The translations under genes were made by a program, and so were the position numbers. Shown here piece by piece: positions 57,831 through 64,000 of a stretch of 64,000 bases of DNA (position 1 is its first letter; each line of letters starts with the position of its first letter). The notes beneath the pieces were generated by a model. It saw only the letters and a list, made by a program, of their open reading frames with translations. It was not told where the DNA came from and did not search any database. The DNA comes from Actinomycetes bacterium (GTDB taxonomy: Bacteria > Actinomycetota > Actinomycetes > JAHEKZ01): NCBI GenBank assembly GCA_024644345.1, contig JAHELE010000002.1:15585-79584 (forward strand), given 5' to 3'.

Positions 57831-57842
57831 TCCGATCAACCT

Positions 57843-57885
57843 GGCCGAAGGGGTCCGTGGCCGGTTTGCGACGGGCCCCTTCGCC
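57843..57885 (+). terminator. Terminator-like hairpin after the aminotransferase gene
   Basis: ggccgaaggggtccgt pairs with acgggccccttcgcc: about 15 bp with one bulge and one G-U pair. It is 13 nt after the stop codon. Confidence 0.55.
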
Positions 57886-57907
57886 ACATCCGAACCCATG
57901 AGGACCC

Positions 57908-58585
57908 ATGACCACTTCTGAGCTTCCGGCACCTGGCACGACTGATCGCACGACCGTTCGCCGCCTCGCGGAGAAGACCATCAACGATCGCGGGACCGGA
58001 TACTCGATTCTCGATGCCGGGTTCGTCGCCCACGTCTCGGTGGTCGACGAGAGCGGCCAACCGTATGTCGTGCCGGTCGGCTACGCACGCGACGGCGACC
58101 GAGTGCTCTTTCACGGGTCGACAGGCAGCCGTCTCTTCCGCGGGCTGGCCGATGGTCAGTCGACCTGCCTGACCGTCACCCTGCTCGACGGCATGGTCCT
58201 GGCGAGGTCGACCTTTGAGTCGTCCATGCAGTACCGAGGCGTGATGGCGCTTGGCAGCTGCAGCGTGCTCGAGGGTGCCGACAAGGACCGCGCCCTCGAA
58301 CTCATCACCGAGCATCTGCTCCCCGGTCGCTGGGCTGAGGCACGGCACCCGAGCCAGAAGGAACGAGCAGCCACCCTGGTTCTTGCGCTCAATCTGGACG
58401 AGATATCGGTCAAGGTCTCTGACGGACCACCCGAGGACGAGGACGAGGACGTCAGCCGCCCCATCTGGGCCGGAGTCGTCCCGCTTCGCGAGTCGTTCGG
58501 CGACCCGGTGGACGCCCCCGACCTGGTCGAGCCCTTTCCGGTTCCTGCCTACGTCAAGGCGTGGCGCCGCCCCGCCCCTGCCTGA
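57908..58585 (+). CDS. Pyridoxamine 5'-phosphate oxidase-family FMN-binding protein
   Basis: 225 aa. ...AHVSVVDESGQPYVVPVGYARDGDRVLFHGSTGSR... is the split-barrel pattern. Confidence 0.75.
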   Translation: MTTSELPAPGTTDRTTVRRLAEKTINDRGTGYSILDAGFVAHVSVVDESGQPYVVPVGYARDGDRVLFHGSTGSRLFRGLADGQSTCLTVTLLDGMVLARSTFESSMQYRGVMALGSCSVLEGADKDRALELITEHLLPGRWAEARHPSQKERAATLVLALNLDEISVKVSDGPPEDEDEDVSRPIWAGVVPLRESFGDPVDAPDLVEPFPVPAYVKAWRRPAPA

Positions 58586-59531
58586 GCCACAGCTCAGCGG
58601 CCACCCGCTCGGTCACGAGCAGCTCGGAAAGAAAGCGCACACCTTCGTCGTCGTCGTGCCGATAGCGGACCGAGGCGGCGGTGCCCTCGACGTCGGCGCC
58701 TACGGCGACAACCGTCGACCCCCTTTCCCCCGTCCACCGCAACAGCTCGCTCTCGTACCGACTTCCGGGAAGGAGCAGCATCCGGTAGTCCTGCGTCTTG
58801 GTCAGGTAGACGTCGACATGGCTCCACTCGCCGGTCTCGCTTGCCACCGCAGGCCGACGTGGTCCCTCACGCAGCATCAGAGCGCTCTGCTGTGCATTGC
58901 CAATCCTCCGGAACGGCGCGACGACCGCCGTCAGATCGGGTCCAGCCAGGTACTCGACGGTCCTCGGCAGCCAGGAGTCGCGCCGGTCACTCAGGTCGTC
59001 CGCCGCATCGATGGCCCGACCCAGCAGGGACAACAGGTCCCGGTCGACGCCGGTGAGCTTGGCCTCCAGCGCCAGCAGCATCACCTGCGTGTGGGTATAC
59101 GACCGGCACGAGACTCCGCCCCTCTCGTCACCGGCATGCAGCAGCACCGTCGCATCGGCGACCTCGGTGAGTGCGGATCCCTCGACGTTCGTCATGACCG
59201 TCACCGGAGACTGCCCCGCGTACTGGGCGACGGCGTCCAGCGTCTCGCGCGAGCCGCCGGACGCCGAGATAGCGACGACGAGCTGCTCGGTGTCTGGCGG
59301 GGGCAGGAGATCGGACGACGCCAATTCTGCGACAGCGTCGACACCGTGCGCCCGGAGCCGAGCCGCGGCAACACCGGCCGCGAACATCGAGGACCCCATG
59401 CCGAGCAGCAGCACCTGCCCAACGTCTTCGGGCAGATCTGACCACGGGTCACCGGTCACGAGAACTCGCTGCACATCACGCAGAGCCGACGGGCGTTCGT
59501 CGAGATCAGCCGAGAACAGCAGAGGGTCCAC
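58554..59531 (-). CDS. SIS-domain sugar-phosphate isomerase/aminotransferase-like protein
   Basis: GTG 59531 after GAGGAG (VDPLLFSADLDERP...). SIS motifs are LLGMGSSMFAA and ISASGGSRETL. The tracked ORF extends to 59723. Confidence 0.8.
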   Translation of the reverse strand: MDPLLFSADLDERPSALRDVQRVLVTGDPWSDLPEDVGQVLLLGMGSSMFAAGVAAARLRAHGVDAVAELASSDLLPPPDTEQLVVAISASGGSRETLDAVAQYAGQSPVTVMTNVEGSALTEVADATVLLHAGDERGGVSCRSYTHTQVMLLALEAKLTGVDRDLLSLLGRAIDAADDLSDRRDSWLPRTVEYLAGPDLTAVVAPFRRIGNAQQSALMLREGPRRPAVASETGEWSHVDVYLTKTQDYRMLLLPGSRYESELLRWTGERGSTVVAVGADVEGTAASVRYRHDDDEGVRFLSELLVTERVAAELWLRQGRGGATP

Positions 59532-59547
59532 GACGCTCCTCAGGTGG

Positions 59548-60900
59548 TCAGACCGCGGGATACAGGGCCTGCAGCGCCTGATCGGGGACGTAGCGCCAGC
59601 GCGGCAGATGCCGGACAGCGTAGAGGTACTCGCGGCACTCCTGCTCGGCCTGCATCGGCCGGAGGAGCCGCTCATCGAGCAGGGCGGCACGACCGTGATG
59701 GTCGAGCCGGGCTCGGTAGGCATCGAGGAACAGGCGCTGTGCTTCGGCTATCCATACCTGCACCGGCTCTCTGTCAGCCCCCTCCATCCGGCGGAGGACA
59801 ACTCGGCCGACATGATCGATGGACTGAAGCATTCCGGCCACGTCACGTGCCGCCGGTTGTGGAGCCAGTCGAGAGGGGACGGGCAGGATCGGATTCCCGT
59901 CGAAGTCAGCGATGGCGAACCCGTCGTCCCAACGCAACACCTGACCGATGTGCAGATCGCCATGGACCGGGATGGTCGTCGTCTCGGCGACCTCCGCCAT
60001 GCCATCGAACGTCGACTCGATGCGCGGCACCAACGCGACAAGGCGCTCCCCCTCCGGGCCGCCGACCGCTTGCACGGCCTGGACTAGCAGATCACGAGCA
60101 AGCTCTCGCCACCCCCGAATCTCATCTCCCACTGCCGGTTGTTCGGGCACTGCAATCAGGGGCGAAGGCGTCGCCATGGCTGCGTGCATGTCGGCCACGG
60201 TCTCCCCCACGAGTGGAAAGTCCATCACCGAGGCGTCCAGGGGGCCTCCGCTGGCGATGAAGCCTCCGGCCGCATGCACGGCCCAGGACCATCCGTCGCT
60301 CGCGCCGGGAAGGAACTGAACCACCGAGGCGAGCAAGAGTTCGGCGTCGCCGTCATTCCACGTCACGAACCCCAAGGGCCGGGGCATCGAGGTGAAGCCG
60401 GTTGACTCCAGATGAGCGATCACGGTGGGCGCCGGGGTGGGCTCGGCACGAACCGCCCACTTGACCACGGCGCGTTCATCCACCACCACCGACTCGTGCG
60501 TTTGGTCCACCAGCATCGGACGCTCCCGCGCGCCGGCCGCGACCTCCGGTCCGTGGGTGAACGAGACAGCCGTGAACCCTTGCTCCATCGCTGGCCCCCC
60601 CGCCGCAAGTTCGCGGACGAGCCAATCGGCGGCTCCGTCACCGGGCAGGACGCGGGCCAACCGCTCGGAATCGGCCCGAAAGGGGGCGCCGAGGACGGAC
60701 TCATCGGGTAAGGCGAAGACGCCAAGCCAGACGTCGCCGAACAGGTGGGTCGCCGCTCGCAGTCGTGGCTCCTGCTCTACCGGCGTTCCCTCCCGCTGGT
60801 GCAGTGGGGGAAGCAGCCCGTGGGCTCGGCCGGATGCCGCCAGGTCGGCTAGACGTCGGAACGACGGGCGGTCAGCCTCGGGCACGGTGCTGACGTGCAA
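59548..60900 (-). CDS. Maltokinase-like (aminoglycoside-phosphotransferase fold) sugar kinase, candidate glucosamine kinase
   Basis: About 450 aa. The catalytic-loop pattern is IPVHGDLHIGQVLRW...IADFDGNP, as in Mak/Pep2-type kinases. The start is TTG 60900 or GTG 60885, and both overlap the GT1 stop. Confidence 0.75.
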   Translation of the reverse strand: MHVSTVPEADRPSFRRLADLAASGRAHGLLPPLHQREGTPVEQEPRLRAATHLFGDVWLGVFALPDESVLGAPFRADSERLARVLPGDGAADWLVRELAAGGPAMEQGFTAVSFTHGPEVAAGARERPMLVDQTHESVVVDERAVVKWAVRAEPTPAPTVIAHLESTGFTSMPRPLGFVTWNDGDAELLLASVVQFLPGASDGWSWAVHAAGGFIASGGPLDASVMDFPLVGETVADMHAAMATPSPLIAVPEQPAVGDEIRGWRELARDLLVQAVQAVGGPEGERLVALVPRIESTFDGMAEVAETTTIPVHGDLHIGQVLRWDDGFAIADFDGNPILPVPSRLAPQPAARDVAGMLQSIDHVGRVVLRRMEGADREPVQVWIAEAQRLFLDAYRARLDHHGRAALLDERLLRPMQAEQECREYLYAVRHLPRWRYVPDQALQALYPAV

Positions 60901-62185
60901 CGTCTTCGATCACGTCGGCCGCACGCTCCTTGCCGCGCCGCCCCCTGATCGCCGCACCCATCGCCTCCATCCGTGAACGCAGCTGACGATCTGCCAGAAG
61001 ACCGTCGACCGCGCCGGTCAACTCGTCAGCCGTGAACTCGTAGGTGCGCAGTCGACGTCCGAAACCCAGCTCGTCCATCCGCTGGGCGTTGTCGTACTGG
61101 TCCCAGAACAGCGGAAGCAGAACCATCGGCTTACCGAAGTGGAGCGCCTCGGTGGTCGTGTTGTTGCCACCGTGGGTGATGACCAGGTCGACGAGTGGCA
61201 GGAGAGAGGTCTGCGGCAAGAACTCTGCCCCCCACATGTTCTGAGCCAGCTCGTACTCGGTGTGCTGTGGGCCCTTGCTGACAATGAAGCGATGCCGCGT
61301 CGTGCCCAACACGTCGATGAGACGCTTCATCAGGTCGACGTCGGCACTCCCCAGCGACCCCAAGGACAGGTACACCAGGCTCGAGTCTGCCGGGCGGTCG
61401 ACCAGCTCGACGGGCAGCTCAAACGGTTCATCTGTGGAACGCACGGACGAGTCGAGGCGGTACCAGGTGTCCTCGAGCGGCCGCCGGTCGACGTAGTCGG
61501 CCTCCTCGGGAAAGACATACAGGTTGGCGTGACTTGAGACGGGCATGAACTCCAAGTAGGGCAGCGGTTCGGCGCCACAGGACGTGACGAACTCGTTGAA
61601 GTCCCTCCACATGTCGCGATGCGTCTGCTCGTACTCAGCCCGGAACGACGCCCACTCGCTGTCGTCATCGGCGGGGAGGCCCGAAAACGTGGGGGCGACG
61701 CCGTCTCCCTTGACCTCCAGGGGGTTGCAGCTGACGATGCGGACGAAGGGGGCCTCCGACGTCGTCAGCGCAGGAAAGATGACGACGTTGTCCTCGACGA
61801 TGACGTCTGGCCGCTGCCGCGCGACGATCTCACGCAGGTGCGGTTCGCAGTACTTCACTCCGTCGATCAGCGCCTGGTAGGTCGGGGCGATGAAGGTCCG
61901 TAGCTGATCGGACGTCGCCTTGCGGAACTCAGGCGAAGTCTCCCGGATGAACTCCTTCCAGAACGCCCCGGGATCTGACCCGTCGTCGCCTTCCGGTGGC
62001 GGGGCGAGATCGACGAGATCCTCGACGAACCCGAGCGGCTCCAACTTGCCTCTCCAGCTGGCCTCGGCTGCGAACACCACTCGATGCCCGCGCCGCAGGA
62101 GCACGTCACCGATTCCGATGCAGTTCCCGGTGGGACCGTAGGCGGACTCCGGAAGGAAGAGGACAGTCAGTGGGCGGTCGGTCAT
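60872..62185 (-). CDS. GT1-family (MGT-like) UDP-glycosyltransferase
   Basis: 437 aa. The C-terminal nucleotide-sugar motif is ...LVITHGGNNTTTEALHFGKPMVLLPLFWDQYDNA.... AGGAG lies 6 nt before ATG 62185. Confidence 0.85.
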   Translation of the reverse strand: MTDRPLTVLFLPESAYGPTGNCIGIGDVLLRRGHRVVFAAEASWRGKLEPLGFVEDLVDLAPPPEGDDGSDPGAFWKEFIRETSPEFRKATSDQLRTFIAPTYQALIDGVKYCEPHLREIVARQRPDVIVEDNVVIFPALTTSEAPFVRIVSCNPLEVKGDGVAPTFSGLPADDDSEWASFRAEYEQTHRDMWRDFNEFVTSCGAEPLPYLEFMPVSSHANLYVFPEEADYVDRRPLEDTWYRLDSSVRSTDEPFELPVELVDRPADSSLVYLSLGSLGSADVDLMKRLIDVLGTTRHRFIVSKGPQHTEYELAQNMWGAEFLPQTSLLPLVDLVITHGGNNTTTEALHFGKPMVLLPLFWDQYDNAQRMDELGFGRRLRTYEFTADELTGAVDGLLADRQLRSRMEAMGAAIRGRRGKERAADVIEDVARQHRARG

Positions 62186-62337
62186 CGTGGCTCCTAACGT
62201 GAGGTCACCGTCCCAGGCGTTCGAGACCTCGCGGCATCATGGCATCCGCCACTTCATCGGGTACGCCGGGACGCGCCCGACGGCAGGGGCCATCATGGAG
62301 GCCCGAACCCATCGTCCCGTGCCCGAGAGGAACCATC

Positions 62338-62691
62338 GTGACCACTCCGTTGCTGACCGCCAACGCGTCCACCGAGCTGCATGCCGACCTCGAGGACTGG
62401 GGCCCGCGCGAGGGGGCGGACAGCGGCCACCCCCGCATGAGTGGTCGGATCTTCTACGAGGGAAACGGGATCCAGGTGGGCGTCTGGGAGTGCACCCCCG
62501 GAGGGTGGGCGATCCATGACCGCCCTGACCACGAAACCGTGCAGATTCTGGCCGGACGGGCCAGGCTCACCGACTCCGACGGCACTTCCGTCGAGCTCAC
62601 CCAGGGCGACGTATTGACCCTCCCCAAGGGCTGGTCAGGACGCTGGGACATCGTGGAGACGGTCCGCAAGCTCTACGTCATCGCCGACTAG
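62338..62691 (+). CDS. Cupin-domain protein (DUF861/EutQ-like)
   Basis: GTG 62338 after GAGAGGAA (VTTPLLTANAS...). ...GVWECTPGGW...ETVQILAGRARLTDSDGTSVELTQGDVLTLPKGWSGRWDI.... Confidence 0.7.
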   Translation: MTTPLLTANASTELHADLEDWGPREGADSGHPRMSGRIFYEGNGIQVGVWECTPGGWAIHDRPDHETVQILAGRARLTDSDGTSVELTQGDVLTLPKGWSGRWDIVETVRKLYVIAD

Positions 62692-62713
62692 TCCGACCGC
62701 CACGAGCCAGTGG

Positions 62714-62728
62714 TATATTGGATCCAAT
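62714..62728. promoter_or_regulatory. TATATT box overlapping the perfect 12-bp palindrome ATTGGATCCAAT upstream of the acyl-CoA dehydrogenase gene
   Basis: Read directly: tatattggatccaat. It is an AT-rich island in a GC-rich genome and ends 29 nt before ATG 62757. Confidence 0.35.
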
Positions 62729-62756
62729 CTCACCTGATTCTCACTGGAGCCATCCC

Positions 62757-63923
62757 ATGCCGGTCCGTCCTCTTGATCTGATCGCCGCCGACAGCCTCCT
62801 CGACGAGGAGGAGCTGGCCATCCGCGACACCGTTCGTCAGTTCGGCGTTGACCGGTTGCGACCGCACATCGCGGAGTGGTTCGAAGAAGGCAGCCTTCCC
62901 GCCCGAGACCTTGCTCGTGAGCTCGGGAGTCTGGGCGTCCTGGGGATGCATCTCGAGGGCTACGGCTGCTCAGGCACCACCTCCGTCGCCTACGGCCTGG
63001 CCTGCATGGAGCTGGAGGCGGTCGACTCCGGCATCCGCTCGCTGGTCAGCGTGCAGGGGTCGTTGGCGATGTTCGCCATCTGGCGATGGGGCAGCGAGGA
63101 GCAGAAGCAGCAGTGGCTCCCCGCGATGGCGGCCGGGGAGGCCATTGGCTGCTTCGGACTCACCGAGCCCGACTTCGGTTCCAACCCGTCCGACATGCGC
63201 ACCAGAGCAAAGCGGGACGGATCGGACTGGTTGCTCAACGGCACCAAGATGTGGATCACCAACGGGGCGGTGGCCGACGTGGCAGTCGTGTGGGCCCAGA
63301 CCGACGACGGGATCCGCGGGTTCGTCGTGCCGACAGACTCTCCCGGTTTCTCCGCACCGGTGATCAAGAGCAAGCTGAGCCTGCGGGCCTCGATCACGAG
63401 CGAGCTCGTGCTCGACAACGTTCGACTGCCTGACTCGGCGCTCCTTCCCGACGTGATCGGGCTGAAGGGACCGCTGTCGTGTCTGACCGAGGCGCGGTTC
63501 GGCATCGTGTTCGGCGTTGTCGGCGCCGCGCGGGACTGCCTCGAGACGGCCATCGACTACGCGGTCAACCGCGAGCAGTTCGACAAGCCCATCGCGGGCT
63601 TCCAGCTGACTCAGAAGAAGCTCGCCGAGATGACCGTCGAGCTCGACAAGGCGTTCTTGCTGGCTCTCCACCTTGGTCGCCTGAAGGACGCCGGAGCCAT
63701 CAAGCCCGAAATGGTGTCAGTCGGCAAGCTCAACAACGTGCGAGAGGCCATCGGCATCGCTCGCGAGTCGCGAACGATCCTGGGGGCCAACGGCGTCACG
63801 CTTGAGTACCCGGTCATGCGTCACGCGAACAACCTCGAGTCGGTCCTGACCTACGAAGGAACCGAGGAGATCCACACCCTCGTCATTGGGCAGGCGGTCA
63901 CCGGGCTCGCTGCTTACCGGTAG
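62757..63923 (+). CDS. gcdH: Acyl-CoA dehydrogenase, glutaryl-CoA dehydrogenase-like
   Basis: ATG 62757 (MPVRPLDLIAADSLLDEEELAIRDTVRQF...). ...GCFGLTEPDFGSNPSDM...MWITNG...TYEGTEEIHTLVIG.... The tracked TTG start is 62718. Confidence 0.8.
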   Translation: MPVRPLDLIAADSLLDEEELAIRDTVRQFGVDRLRPHIAEWFEEGSLPARDLARELGSLGVLGMHLEGYGCSGTTSVAYGLACMELEAVDSGIRSLVSVQGSLAMFAIWRWGSEEQKQQWLPAMAAGEAIGCFGLTEPDFGSNPSDMRTRAKRDGSDWLLNGTKMWITNGAVADVAVVWAQTDDGIRGFVVPTDSPGFSAPVIKSKLSLRASITSELVLDNVRLPDSALLPDVIGLKGPLSCLTEARFGIVFGVVGAARDCLETAIDYAVNREQFDKPIAGFQLTQKKLAEMTVELDKAFLLALHLGRLKDAGAIKPEMVSVGKLNNVREAIGIARESRTILGANGVTLEYPVMRHANNLESVLTYEGTEEIHTLVIGQAVTGLAAYR

Positions 63924-63958
63924 GTCAGCAGAACTCCTGCGACACGCAGTCGTCGTTT

Positions 63959-63974
63959 CCCCCGTCATCGGGGG
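63959..63974 (+). terminator. Small GC hairpin CCCCCG-TCAT-CGGGGG downstream of gcdH
   Basis: 6-bp stem, 36 nt after the stop, with no U tract. Confidence 0.3.
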
Positions 63975-64000
63975 CCCCGCTCGACAGCGCGACACCGAAG

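Noticed and set aside
1-64000. CRISPR arrays, tRNA/rRNA genes, IS elements, integrases and prophage blocks
   Set aside because: I saw no regularly spaced repeats, no cloverleaf-like or rRNA-like non-coding stretches (all gaps are under 370 nt), and no transposase or integrase-like translations. This was by eye only, so tRNAscan, Infernal or ISfinder should confirm it.

Overview
This is a very GC-rich actinobacterial chromosomal window: third codon positions are almost all G/C, and long artefactual ORFs lie antisense to nearly every real gene. I call 59 protein genes. I recognised no rRNA, tRNA, CRISPR array, IS element or integrase.

**1-30.5 kb: conserved housekeeping backbone, mostly on the minus strand.** It contains rnj-dapA-thyX, azlCD, dapB-M16 peptidase-pnp-rpsO, ribF-truB-nrnA-rbfA-infB-ylxR-nusA-rimP, proS and ispG-S2P protease-dxr. 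A SAM-methyltransferase / DUF222-HNH endonuclease pair interrupts it between rpsO and ribF.

**30.7-57.8 kb: an inferred polyamine/agmatine/GABA/beta-alanine catabolic island.**
- Enzymes: gabT, a second class-III aminotransferase, three ALDH genes plus MmsA, an agmatinase-family enzyme and an FAD oxidase.
- Transport: a PotDABC-type transporter.
- Regulators: two PucR-type and one Lrp/AsnC.

**35.6-41.2 kb: a c-di-GMP block inside that island.** It holds an EAL-GAF protein, a membrane GGDEF-EAL protein translationally coupled to a DUF5317-like protein, and a carboxynorspermidine/saccharopine-dehydrogenase-like gene.

**Strongest candidate for something undescribed:** two tandem, paralogous 34-35 aa membrane-peptide genes that head this block. 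They are too short for the supplied ORF track, and I found them by hand translation.

**58.5-62.2 kb:** a GT1 glycosyltransferase / maltokinase-like kinase / SIS isomerase operon of unknown product. A cupin gene and a glutaryl-CoA-dehydrogenase-like gene follow it.

**Cis-elements:** recurring elements link several regulatory regions of the island. The clearest is a 36-bp composite inverted repeat present at two ALDH/regulator divergent promoters.

All calls rest on reading translations, motifs and synteny by eye. No database search, folding or statistics program was run. Many start codons are my choice and are flagged as such.
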